Source: Myxococcota bacterium (lineage in GTDB: Bacteria; Myxococcota_A; UBA9042). Taken from it: 64,000 bases of DNA. Positions 1 to 8,831 of this stretch are shown in pieces. The position numbers and the translations under genes are program-made. Where the stretch lies: contig JBMOIG010000006.1 in assembly GCA_049317445.1 (NCBI GenBank), positions 9,459 to 73,458 on the forward strand, in the 5' to 3' direction. The notes under the pieces are model-generated. The model was not told where the DNA came from and searched no databases. It saw only the letters and a list, made by a program, of their open reading frames with translations. Numbering within the stretch: the stretch's first letter is position 1; every line of letters starts with the position of its first letter.

Positions 1-281
1 GACGCTGCGGTGCATCCCGCGGGGGTCGCGTCAGGGTCGGGGGCGGCGTCGGAGGAGGTCTCCGTCGCTGCGTCGGGGTCGGTCACGCCGTCGGTGGTGG
101 CATCGTCCGAAGCCGTGGCGCCGTCTGGCAGCGACGTGTCGCTGAGCGAAACATCGCCAGTATCTTCCGTGACATCCGCAGCAGTCATGCCGCCGAGCGG
201 GGTCGTGATATTGGAGCAACCGGCGGTCAGGGCGACCAGCAGGACAACGGTCGCAAGGGCGCGAGGGCAGAAGGAGTGCAT
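1..281 (-). CDS. Lipoprotein, N-terminal part only (gene runs off the left edge of the window)
   Basis: Own translation of the minus strand from ATG 281-279 gives MHSFCPRALATVVLLVALTAGCSNITTPLGG..., a signal peptide with lipobox LTAGC. An acidic D/T/A-rich tether follows, as in other lipoproteins here. The frame stays open to position 1, and an AGAGG-like RBS lies about 8 nt upstream. It is absent from the ORF track because there is no stop in the window. I prefer it over plus ORF 10..321, which is its low-complexity mirror. Confidence 0.55.
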   Translation of the reverse strand, partial: MHSFCPRALATVVLLVALTAGCSNITTPLGGMTAADVTEDTGDVSLSDTSLPDGATASDDATTDGVTDPDAATETSSDAAPDPDATPAGCTAA

Positions 282-490
282 GCGGTGGCCTCTGCGAAAG
301 GTGGGAGACAGCCTTGCATGATACGGGTCGTGGCAGGGGCGGACAAGGCAAGGTGCATGGACGGAATAAATCGGGTCAATTGGGTCCGAAATTTGGAATC
401 GACTTGACAGGCGTCGCGGCGTGGCGACGATTCCCGCCGTAACTGAACGACGACAGCCGCGCGTTGCGGCTTCTCCGTGGGAGGGACCCG

Positions 491-1381
491 ATGGTAGGCA
501 TGGGTAAGCCTTGGCGCCGCTGTAGATTGGTTCTGATGTGGGCGGTGTTGCTGATGATGCCGACTCTCGCTCAGGCGCAGGTCTTTGAGAGCGGCGAGTC
601 GCTGCTGATGGGCTATTCCGTCACCGGCGGGGCCATCTACGAGGCCGGGCGCGGCGAGCTCAGCGGTTGGCGCGACGGCGTCGATCCCACGCCGACCGCC
701 TACGGCTTCCGTTACTTCGAACGCAACGGTTTGATCTCAGGCACGATCGGCGCCGTAGCCGTGGTTCTGGGCGGCGCAATGGCGGCGTCGGGACCCAAGA
801 GCGTCGAGACCTGGGAAGACTCGAACTACCGCTATACGAAGACAACCTATTACAGCCCTGCCGAACAAGCAGCGATCACCGGCTCGGCCGCACAGTCGGC
901 GTCCGAGCTGATGGGCTCGCCCAACCAAAGCTTCGACCTGCAGATCTTCTCGCGCTCCCTCGGCGGCACCACGGCCGGCTACAAGGCCAACCTCATGTTC
1001 GTGGGCATCCCGTTTGAGGGCGGCATGGTCGACGTCGGCATGGGGTTGGGCAAGGTCACGTCGGCGTTTCAGGACAAGGGCCAATATTTCGTCAGTCGCT
1101 ACACATACTTTGGAATGCCGATGCGGCTCAACCTGGTGATGGGCCCGGTCGTGACCTACCTGCACTTCGACTGGAACTGGCTCAGCCACGCCGAGCACGA
1201 GGCCCCGGTTGTCTCGGGGGCATCCAAGAACACGAAGGAGGTCGAGTCCGACGCCTTCCCGTGGCGCCTGGGTGTGCAAGCCGCGCTGTTCGGTCGGCTC
1301 TACGTCGATGGGGCTGCCACCACACCTTCGCTGACGTCGGGTGACTTCGGGTACTCCGGGTCGCTCGGGCTGCGCTTCTAG
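491..1381 (+). CDS. Secreted hypothetical protein, possible outer-membrane beta-barrel
   Basis: ORF 464..1381. ATG at 491 is preceded by GGGAGGG. Signal peptide MVGMGKPWRRCRLVLMWAVLLMMPTLAQAQ. The sequence is Gly/aromatic-rich and ends ...GYSGSLGLRF with a terminal Phe. No family recognised. Confidence 0.6.
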   Translation: MVGMGKPWRRCRLVLMWAVLLMMPTLAQAQVFESGESLLMGYSVTGGAIYEAGRGELSGWRDGVDPTPTAYGFRYFERNGLISGTIGAVAVVLGGAMAASGPKSVETWEDSNYRYTKTTYYSPAEQAAITGSAAQSASELMGSPNQSFDLQIFSRSLGGTTAGYKANLMFVGIPFEGGMVDVGMGLGKVTSAFQDKGQYFVSRYTYFGMPMRLNLVMGPVVTYLHFDWNWLSHAEHEAPVVSGASKNTKEVESDAFPWRLGVQAALFGRLYVDGAATTPSLTSGDFGYSGSLGLRF

Positions 1382-1397
1382 GCGCGAGGAGGACGTC

Positions 1398-2132
1398 ATG
1401 CATCGGTCCACTAAGCCACACTTTGCGGGTTACTTTCTGGCGGCACTGCTATCGCTTGCTGCCTCGACCGCGCTGGCAGAGCCGGCGGCCGGCCCCTACG
1501 GCATGACCCGCAACGGTCTGGTAGGCGGCTTCTTCGGCCAGGGCGAGCGATGGGGACAGGGCGGGTCGCAGGTGATCCTGTTTGCCGAGGGCGGCCTGTT
1601 CACACATGCCTCGACGCTGGGCAACTTGGGTGGACTCTCTGGCGGCATCCAGATGGGTTGGGACGGCGTACCGGCCTCAGGCGACGACACGATCGGCCTG
1701 GGCAGCTTCCAGTTCGACATGTGGGCCGGTTTTCCCGTCTCGCTGTTCCGCATCGGCGACCTGTTTCAACTGACGTTCGAGCCCGGCATGGGGATGAGCT
1801 ACCAGGCCTCGTACCTGAACATGAAGCTGCGCGGCGGGTTTGCGGTTGGCGAAGTGGAGGGTGACCTGACAGGAACCTGGTGGCCCGGCGCGACCAGCTA
1901 TGCGACGGGCCCCGACGGCGTCGGCAACGATGCGACCAGCTTGAAGGGCACCCTTTACATCGGCGACGATCCGGCCTTCTTTGCATGGGGCGAGTACTAC
2001 TCCAGCCGACGTGAGCAGGAGTCGTTCGACGCCACAAAGTCACAGGAATACGGCGGGTTGAACGTGTTCGGCACGACGACCCGGCGGAACTTCGAGGACC
2101 TTCTCCGCATCGGCTTGGGGGTCGCCTTCTGA
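1398..2132 (+). CDS. Secreted hypothetical protein, possible outer-membrane beta-barrel
   Basis: ATG at 1398 with GAGGAGGA just upstream. Signal peptide MHRSTKPHFAGYFLAALLSLAASTALAEP. Ends ...LLRIGLGVAF with a terminal Phe. Lies 16 nt after the previous CDS. Confidence 0.6.
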   Translation: MHRSTKPHFAGYFLAALLSLAASTALAEPAAGPYGMTRNGLVGGFFGQGERWGQGGSQVILFAEGGLFTHASTLGNLGGLSGGIQMGWDGVPASGDDTIGLGSFQFDMWAGFPVSLFRIGDLFQLTFEPGMGMSYQASYLNMKLRGGFAVGEVEGDLTGTWWPGATSYATGPDGVGNDATSLKGTLYIGDDPAFFAWGEYYSSRREQESFDATKSQEYGGLNVFGTTTRRNFEDLLRIGLGVAF

Positions 2133-2168
2133 CCCCCGCGCCGCCCCCCCCCCAACGGAGAGATCGCC

Positions 2169-3182
2169 ATGCCGTACACACGCTTCACCCTTCCGGTTCT
2201 CGCGTTGTTGGTCGGATGCCAGACCTCTCAGGTCAACGTGACACCGGTCGATCAGGACGTCACGGCCGACACCACTGAAGTGCAGACCGACACGCAGACG
2301 GAGCCGACGTGCAGTGGAACGGTGAGCGGCACGTTCCTCATCCGTCCCAGCGTGAAAGCGGGGCTGAAGAACCCTTGCACCATCGATGGTTCGCTGACGA
2401 TCTCGCTGGACGCAGCGGCCGATGAGCTGGCAACGGTTCAGGGTCTGCAGGTCGTGACCGGGGACCTGGAGCTCCAGAACGGCGCGACCGATCCGGGGCC
2501 GGTGCTGCCGCACCTGACGCAAGTCAACGGCTCGATCACGCTGCAGAACATCGGTGCGCCCTTGGTGTCCGGTTTCGACGGACTGCTGCAGGCGGACGGC
2601 GGCGTGACCTTCATGAACTCCACGGGCATTCAGGAGATCCGGGGCTTCACGAGCCTGACCACCACCCAAGTGGTCGAGGTCAACAATCTGCCAAACCTCG
2701 AGTTGATCGACGGGTTCTCCAGCCTGACGTCGCTCGCGCACCTCAAGCTCAGCTATCTGTCCAAGCTGAAGACGGTCCTGGGCCTTGGCACCCACGTCAC
2801 GGGGCAGGTCGAGACCGTCTGGCTCAGCCAACTGCAGCTGCTGCAGTCGTTTCCGACGATGGACAAGGTGACGGAAGTTGCCGCCCTGGAGACCACAGCC
2901 ACGGGCTTCTTGTCGGTCAGCGCATGGCCGTCCCTGACCAAGGTAGAGACCCTGACCGTCACCGACAACGCGGCGGTGGCTGCTCTGAACTTCCCGGTGC
3001 TGACGCAGGTGGAGACCGGGCTGTTCGTCGGCAGCAACCCGTACCTGAAGAGCATGGCCGGACTGGACGCGGTCACGTCGTGCGGTCAAGTGCGGTTCTG
3101 CAACAACCACAAGGACTTGACGGAAGCTGCCGTCCACGCCTGGATCGCCGTACACGGCGGTCAGGACATGAAGTGCAACTGA
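2169..3182 (+). CDS. Lipoprotein with beta-solenoid/LRR-like repeats (Receptor L-domain-like)
   Basis: Lipobox MPYTRFTLPVLALLVGC. About ten imperfect ~24-residue repeats (LQVVTGDLELQN, LTQVNGSITLQN, LTKVETLTVTDN, LTQVETGLFVGSN). Cys-containing caps (CTIDGSL... and ...CGQVRFCNNHKDL...MKCN). Confidence 0.6.
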   Translation: MPYTRFTLPVLALLVGCQTSQVNVTPVDQDVTADTTEVQTDTQTEPTCSGTVSGTFLIRPSVKAGLKNPCTIDGSLTISLDAAADELATVQGLQVVTGDLELQNGATDPGPVLPHLTQVNGSITLQNIGAPLVSGFDGLLQADGGVTFMNSTGIQEIRGFTSLTTTQVVEVNNLPNLELIDGFSSLTSLAHLKLSYLSKLKTVLGLGTHVTGQVETVWLSQLQLLQSFPTMDKVTEVAALETTATGFLSVSAWPSLTKVETLTVTDNAAVAALNFPVLTQVETGLFVGSNPYLKSMAGLDAVTSCGQVRFCNNHKDLTEAAVHAWIAVHGGQDMKCN

Positions 3183-3207
3183 CGACGACCGTGGCTCGTC
3201 GCTCGCG

Positions 3208-4764
3208 CTAGAAGCCGCAGGCTAGCGACGCCCCGGCGCACTTGCCGGCCATGCAGATGCCCTTGCAAACCATGTCGGTCTTGCACTGGTCGTCGCAGGC
3301 GGCATTGCAGCTGATGAAGGCGAACGCCTCTGTGGCTGCCTGCTTGCTGCCCAGGTCAAAGCACTGCAGGCCGCACGCGGGCTTGCCAGCGCACAGGTTC
3401 ATGCAGCCCATCACGGTCTTGCAGTCGCCCAAGCCCTTGGGGTCCAAGCAGGCGATCGTTGTGTCGGTGCACTCAGTCGTGGTCTGTCCGAAACACTGCA
3501 TCGCCGACCACGCCGGACCAGCGGCCTGCGGCGTCGCATCCTTCAAGCACGCAAGCCCACAACTGTCGCTGCCTTGGCCGCAATTCGCTGCGCACGCCAG
3601 CGTCTGGCTGCACGTCTTGCTGCCCTGAGGGTCCAGGCACTGGATGTACTTGTCCTGGCACTCGGGCGTCAGGGCACCGCCTTCGCCCTTGCAGTTGAAC
3701 AACTCCAGCGCTTGGGCCGCCGCGGCGGGCTTGGACTGGTGCAGGCAACCGAACGCGCAGCCGGGACCCGGGTCGGTGTCCCCGGCCGCCTTCTTGCACT
3801 CGTTGGCGCAAGTGATGGCGTCCCAACAGGTCTTGCTGCCGGTCGGGTCGATGCAGCCCATGAAGGCCGTGGCACACTCGGCCGTGGTCTCGGTCTGGCC
3901 CAAGCAGGGCAGCAACGGAGTGAACTTCTGCTGGGCGGCAGGCGAGGCTTGCGACAAGCACTTGATCAAGCAGTCGCCGTCGCTGCGCTCAGGCGCGCAG
4001 GTCTGGTTGCAGTCGAACAACTGCCAGCACTCCAGCGAGCCCGATTGACCCTCCAGCAGGCACGCCATCACCTCCGCACCGCACGCTGCCATCGGGTCTG
4101 CCGACGTCGACTTGGCCACGCAGTCGCTGATCGCCTGCACGCGGCTCTTCGCCTTGGCCGTCAGGCCGTTGTAGCAGCTCGCCATGCACTGCAGCCCGTC
4201 CTCCTTGGCCAGCGAGCACCCGTCGAAACACGCCGAAGCGTCCTTGCAAGCGGCAGGTCCCACCGTGCCGTCGTCCAGACAGGTGTAGAGCTGTGACATG
4301 CACTTGGACTGGATGCACTGATCCACGCACTTCGGGTCCTGACTGCCCTTGCAGAGACCCGCCTGACACGTGCCTTGGACACACATCAGCAGGGGAGCCG
4401 CCGCGACGATGGCCGCCGAGCTCGCATCCGCAAGACATGCCTTTTCGCAACCCGCCACACCGGAGGCACAGGCGAGGGTGATGCACTGCACGAGGTCCGG
4501 GCAATTCGCATACGTGGCAGAGACTTCGGTGATGTCAGCGGTCACGTCCTGTTCCACCGCGTCTTCCGCGACGTCCGCAACGGCGTCGCCCTGTTGAATC
4601 GTGTCGTTGGTCGGGGTCGCGTCGCCCGCGATGTCGCCCACGGCGTCGGGGTCGGCGACGATCGTGTCGTCCAGCACCAACCCAGGGGCCTGAGTCTCCG
4701 AACCGCACGCCGCAACGGCCAAGGCGCCAAGGACAAGGCAACAGATTGCGGTACGCGAATGCAT
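3208..4764 (-). CDS. Cysteine-rich repeat lipoprotein (six 8-Cys modules)
   Basis: Signal peptide with lipobox MHSRTAICCLVLGALAVAAC. Acidic tether (DPDAVGDIAGDATPTNDT...). Then about 53 Cys arranged in six tandem modules. Ends ...SLACGF. Confidence 0.7.
   Translation of the reverse strand: MHSRTAICCLVLGALAVAACGSETQAPGLVLDDTIVADPDAVGDIAGDATPTNDTIQQGDAVADVAEDAVEQDVTADITEVSATYANCPDLVQCITLACASGVAGCEKACLADASSAAIVAAAPLLMCVQGTCQAGLCKGSQDPKCVDQCIQSKCMSQLYTCLDDGTVGPAACKDASACFDGCSLAKEDGLQCMASCYNGLTAKAKSRVQAISDCVAKSTSADPMAACGAEVMACLLEGQSGSLECWQLFDCNQTCAPERSDGDCLIKCLSQASPAAQQKFTPLLPCLGQTETTAECATAFMGCIDPTGSKTCWDAITCANECKKAAGDTDPGPGCAFGCLHQSKPAAAAQALELFNCKGEGGALTPECQDKYIQCLDPQGSKTCSQTLACAANCGQGSDSCGLACLKDATPQAAGPAWSAMQCFGQTTTECTDTTIACLDPKGLGDCKTVMGCMNLCAGKPACGLQCFDLGSKQAATEAFAFISCNAACDDQCKTDMVCKGICMAGKCAGASLACGF
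3211..4503 (-). repeat. Six tandem coding repeats (63-84 aa) of an 8-Cys module
   Basis: Cys spacing counted by hand in each unit: C-x5-C-x3(4)-C-x5..12-C-x3-C-x17-C-x..-C-x6-C. The x17 spacer is identical in length in all six units (aa 88-518 of the protein). Confidence 0.75.
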
Positions 4765-4889
4765 GAAAAATCCCCCCTGATCGGCGATGCCGTAGTGGGG
4801 CGAAGTGTAATGGTTGGCCGCGACAACCGAAAGGCTCGTTTTGTCCGGACTTGTTGACGTCTGCGACGCCAGCCCTACGCTCCCGGGTC

Positions 4890-5786
4890 ATGCTGCCACT
4901 GCCCATCCACGCCCGCATCGCCGTTGTCGCCCCTGCTGGGGTGTTTTCCACCGACCGCCTCGCCCGCGGGATCGAGGTCGTCCGATCGTGGGGCCATTCG
5001 GTCGTCGAAGCTCCCAACCTGCGCTGCCAACACCGGTACTGCGCCGGAACGGCATCTGAGCGCACCGCCGACTTGATCTGGGCGCTGACCGAGCCCGGCA
5101 TCGACGCCGTCTGGTTTGCCCGCGGCGGCTACGGCACGGTCCACACGCTTGCGAACCTGCCATGGGATCTCTTGGATGGCCGCCCGGTCATCGGCTTTTC
5201 CGATGCGACCGCACTGCACGCCGCATTCTGGTCCAAGGGGTTCCGCACCGTGCACGGCCCGGTGCTGCAAGGGTTGTGCGACTACGACCTGCAGGCCGCA
5301 CCGCCGGTTGTGTGCGCCGACCCCGAGAGTCGCAAGTCCGTCCAGGCGCTGCTGTCGACCGGTCGCGCTGCGCCACTGCCTGCGGAGCCATTCTGCGGCC
5401 CCGATGCGGTGGTACGCGGCCCGGTGGTGGGCGGCAACCTCAGCGTGCTGGCCAGCCTCTCCGGAACGCCGTGGGCGTTGAGGGGCCAGGGCGCCATCGT
5501 GGTGCTCGAAGACGTCGGCGAGGCTCCCTACCGCATCGACCGCCTGCTGACCCAGTTGATCGACTGCGGAACGTTTGATGGAGCCGTCGGCGTTGCGCTG
5601 GGCGACTTCAACCAGTGCCGGTCCGAGGTGGCGAGCTACGGCGTGCGTGACGTGCTGCACGACCTGCTGCAACCACTGGGACTGCCCGTGGTGGCCGGCG
5701 TGCCCGTCGGCCACACCGCGCACAACTACGCTTGGATCCACGGGGAAGTGGGCGAGCTCAGGCCGGACGGCATCGACTGGCCGTGA
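4890..5786 (+). CDS. ldcA: LD-carboxypeptidase (peptidase S66, muramoyltetrapeptide carboxypeptidase)
   Basis: ORF 4851..5786 (TTG). The first ATG at 4890 gives MLPLPIHARIAVVAPAGVF. Nucleophile elbow GFSDATALH, VVLEDVGEAPYRIDRLLTQL (Glu) and GVPVGHTAHN (His). Start choice uncertain. Confidence 0.8.
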   Translation: MLPLPIHARIAVVAPAGVFSTDRLARGIEVVRSWGHSVVEAPNLRCQHRYCAGTASERTADLIWALTEPGIDAVWFARGGYGTVHTLANLPWDLLDGRPVIGFSDATALHAAFWSKGFRTVHGPVLQGLCDYDLQAAPPVVCADPESRKSVQALLSTGRAAPLPAEPFCGPDAVVRGPVVGGNLSVLASLSGTPWALRGQGAIVVLEDVGEAPYRIDRLLTQLIDCGTFDGAVGVALGDFNQCRSEVASYGVRDVLHDLLQPLGLPVVAGVPVGHTAHNYAWIHGEVGELRPDGIDWP

Positions 5787-5789
5787 CCG

Positions 5790-7610
5790 CTAAGCCGTCT
5801 CGCGCTCCGCACCCACAAAGACCTGATGCTCGACCAGCCGCCGGTACACGCCGTCCAGCGCCATCAGGTCGTCGTGACGGCCGCGCTCGATGAGCTGCCC
5901 GTGCTCCAGAACCGCGATGGCGTCGGCGTTGCGCACCGTGCTGAGGCGGTGGGCGATGATCAGGGTCGTGCGGCCTTCCATCAGACGCTGCAGGGCCTTC
6001 TGCACCAGCGACTCGCTCTCAGCGTCCAGGTTGGAGGTCGCCTCGTCGAGGATGAGCACTCTCGGGTCGGCCAGCAGCGCCCGGGCAATGGCGACGCGTT
6101 GTCGCTGACCGCCGGACAGCTGCACGCCGCGCTCTCCCACCTTGGTGTCGTACCCGTCGGGAAACTCGAGGATGAATTCATGCGCGTGCGCGTCGCGGGC
6201 TGCCTGTTCGACCTCGGATTCCGTTGCACCTTCGCGGCCATAGGCGATGTTCTCACGGACCGTGCCGGAGAACAGCACGGGCTCCTGTGCGACAATCGCG
6301 ATCGCGTGACGCAGGTCGGCCAAACGCAAGTCGCGCACATCGACGCCCTCGAACGTCACGCGACCGCTCGTCACGTCATGGAACCGCTGTAGCAGCGCCG
6401 TCAGCGTCGTCTTGCCCGCTCCAGAAGCACCCACCAACGCCACCGACTCTCCGGGAGCCACCTCCAGCGTGATCCCTTGCAGCACCGGATGGTCCGGCCG
6501 GGCCGGGTACACGAACCGCACGTCCTCGAATTTTACGGCACCGCGGCCTTTGGGCAGGTCGACAGGATGCTCCGGATCGGCGATCGCGGGCTCTGTGTTC
6601 AGGATCTCAAAGAGGCGTTCCGTAGCGCCTACGGCCCTTTGCAGCGCGCCTCCCAGACTCGCCAATGCGCCGACCGCGCCCGCAACCATCACGGTGTAGA
6701 GCAGAAAGGCCGTCAGATCACCGCCCGAAAGCTCATGCCGTACGACCGCCCGGCCACCGACCCAAACGATCGCGGCGATGGCCAGCGAGACGCCCAGCGT
6801 GATCACCGCGAAGAACAGCGCTCGCCAGCGAATCAGGTGCAGCGACTGCCCAAAGGCGGCCAGGATGTTGACCCGATAGGTCTCGGCCTCGCGCGGCTCG
6901 CGCACGAACGCCTGCACCGTCTGCATCGACGACACGACCTCTTCCACCCGCGTCGAAGTGATCGCATGGCGGTCCTGCACCGCGCGACTGAGCCTGCGCA
7001 CCTTGCGCCCGAACACGACCATGAAGATGACCGTGGGAGGCACGATCGCCAGCATCATCAGCGTCAGCTTGGGGTTCTCGACGAACAACAGCACGATGCC
7101 GCCCAACAGCGTCACGCCATTGCGCAGGGCCATGCTCAGCTCGGTGCCGACCAGCCCCTCGACTACCGTCACGTCGCTGGCCAGCCGCGACAGGATCTCG
7201 CCCGTGTGACGCTCCTGAAACCACCCCGGCGGTAGCCGCAACAGCTTGGCGAACACCTGCGCACGCAGGTCAACCACCACCTTCTCGCCCAGCCAGCTCA
7301 TCAGGTAGTGGCGGATGTAGATGAACCCGGCCTGGATCAGAAACACCGCGACCAGCACCCAAGTCAGCTGGTTCAGCTTGTCCATCGAGCCCGACGCCAA
7401 GCCGATGTCCACTGCGTTGCGCGCCGCCTGCGGGTACACCAAGCCCAGACCCGAGCTGACGAACAGCGCGATCGTGGCGATCCAGAACTTGGCCTTGTAC
7501 GGCCCGACCAGCGCCAGCAGCTGCCAAAGCGGGTCCAGACGCAGGCGCCCTTTGGGAGGCTGCGGATCGGCGAGGGAAGGAGAGGAATTCGAGTGCACAG
7601 GCTGGGCCAT
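5790..7610 (-). CDS. ABC transporter, fused permease/ATPase (MsbA/ABCB-type exporter)
   Basis: 606 aa. N-terminal multi-helix TMD, then NBD with Walker A GASGAGKTT, signature LSGGQRQRVAIARALL and Walker B LILDEATSNLD. Confidence 0.9.
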   Translation of the reverse strand: MAQPVHSNSSPSLADPQPPKGRLRLDPLWQLLALVGPYKAKFWIATIALFVSSGLGLVYPQAARNAVDIGLASGSMDKLNQLTWVLVAVFLIQAGFIYIRHYLMSWLGEKVVVDLRAQVFAKLLRLPPGWFQERHTGEILSRLASDVTVVEGLVGTELSMALRNGVTLLGGIVLLFVENPKLTLMMLAIVPPTVIFMVVFGRKVRRLSRAVQDRHAITSTRVEEVVSSMQTVQAFVREPREAETYRVNILAAFGQSLHLIRWRALFFAVITLGVSLAIAAIVWVGGRAVVRHELSGGDLTAFLLYTVMVAGAVGALASLGGALQRAVGATERLFEILNTEPAIADPEHPVDLPKGRGAVKFEDVRFVYPARPDHPVLQGITLEVAPGESVALVGASGAGKTTLTALLQRFHDVTSGRVTFEGVDVRDLRLADLRHAIAIVAQEPVLFSGTVRENIAYGREGATESEVEQAARDAHAHEFILEFPDGYDTKVGERGVQLSGGQRQRVAIARALLADPRVLILDEATSNLDAESESLVQKALQRLMEGRTTLIIAHRLSTVRNADAIAVLEHGQLIERGRHDDLMALDGVYRRLVEHQVFVGAERETA

Positions 7611-7637
7611 GGAGCTCCGGCGGCAGGGGTCGCGGCG

Positions 7638-8702
7638 TCAGACGGCCGGGATCTGTTGGGTGATGCAGTGGATGCCACCGTACTGCGACACAAGGGCCCG
7701 CGCGTCCAGACCGATCACCTGCCGACCGGGCAGTAGCTCGCGAAGTATGGCCAGTGCGGCGTCGTCGGTCTTCTGGCGGAACACCGGGACCAGCGCCTTG
7801 CCGTTGGCCAGGTAGAAATTCGCATAGCTGGCGGGTAGATGCTCGCCCTGGAAGCGAATCGGCTCGGGCACGGGCAGCGCCACGATCTGAAACGGTCGTC
7901 CGTCGGCGCCGCGCATCGCCTTGAGACGCACGATGTTCTCCGCCATCGCCTCGTGGTCCAGATGACCTAGCGGCGGAGCGACCACGACGATGGTGTCGTC
8001 CGAAACGAACCGCGCCATGTCGTCGATGTGGCCGTCGGTGTCGTCGCCTTCGAGTCCGTCGCCGAGCCAGTGCAGACGCTGCACGCCCAGATGGTCCTTC
8101 AGGCACGTCTCGATGCCGGCACGGTCGAACTCCGGGTTGCGATTGGTGTTCAGCAGCACGGACTCGGTCGTCAGCAGGTCGCCCCGGCCGTTGACCTCCA
8201 GGGAGCCACCTTCCAACACCAGACCCGGCTCGACCCGCGGCAGGCCCCAGGTGCGATTCATCTCACGCGGAACCAGATTGTCCAACTCCGACGCGAACTT
8301 GCCTCCCCACGCATTGAAGCCCCAGTCCAGCATCGCCAGCGGATGCTGCGCCTGGGGGTCCGCCGCCGTGACGAAGATCGGTCCGTGGTCGCGCGCCCAG
8401 ACGTCGTCGCTGTCGACCAAGTGCCAGACCAGCCGCGTGGGGTCGCCGCCCGCGCGCGTCACGTTGTTCAGGGCGCGGTCGCGCCACTCGGCGTGCGGAA
8501 CGTTGATGTGGACGGTCTCGACTTCGCTCAGCTCCGCCGCCAGCTTCGCAAAGAGCGATAGGACGGCGTCATGAAGGCCGCGCCAGATCGCCGGACGATG
8601 CGGCCAAGTGAGAACCGTACCCGCGTGTGGGGACCACTCGGCGGGCATACGGTAGTGGCAAACGTCGAGAGACGGGTCGAGGTCCATGGACGGATCCTGC
8701 AC
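7638..8702 (-). CDS. aguA: Agmatine deiminase
   Basis: Motifs YRMPAEWSPH and DDVWARDHGPIF, plus C-terminal catalytic Cys context GGIHCITQQ. Length 354 aa. Confidence 0.9.
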   Translation of the reverse strand: MQDPSMDLDPSLDVCHYRMPAEWSPHAGTVLTWPHRPAIWRGLHDAVLSLFAKLAAELSEVETVHINVPHAEWRDRALNNVTRAGGDPTRLVWHLVDSDDVWARDHGPIFVTAADPQAQHPLAMLDWGFNAWGGKFASELDNLVPREMNRTWGLPRVEPGLVLEGGSLEVNGRGDLLTTESVLLNTNRNPEFDRAGIETCLKDHLGVQRLHWLGDGLEGDDTDGHIDDMARFVSDDTIVVVAPPLGHLDHEAMAENIVRLKAMRGADGRPFQIVALPVPEPIRFQGEHLPASYANFYLANGKALVPVFRQKTDDAALAILRELLPGRQVIGLDARALVSQYGGIHCITQQIPAV

Positions 8703-8831
8703 TGCGTGCGTGCGATGCGCTCAGCGAGCGTAAACGGCTGAAAGAGGACGACCGACGTCCGTGTGAACGTGGGTGGGGTCGTCAGCGGGCGAATGAACAG
8801 CAATGGAAGGATCCTTTCGAGGGGCGGGGCC

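Noticed and set aside
10-321. Plus-strand ORF of 103 aa (S/V/A-rich).
   Set aside because: It is the low-complexity mirror of a minus-strand gene that starts at 281 with a clear signal peptide and lipobox. It has no recognisable features of its own.
404-432. TTGACA-N17-ACGATT upstream of the first beta-barrel-like gene as a promoter.
   Set aside because: The -35 is perfect but the -10 is poor. This is too weak to list as a feature without transcript data.
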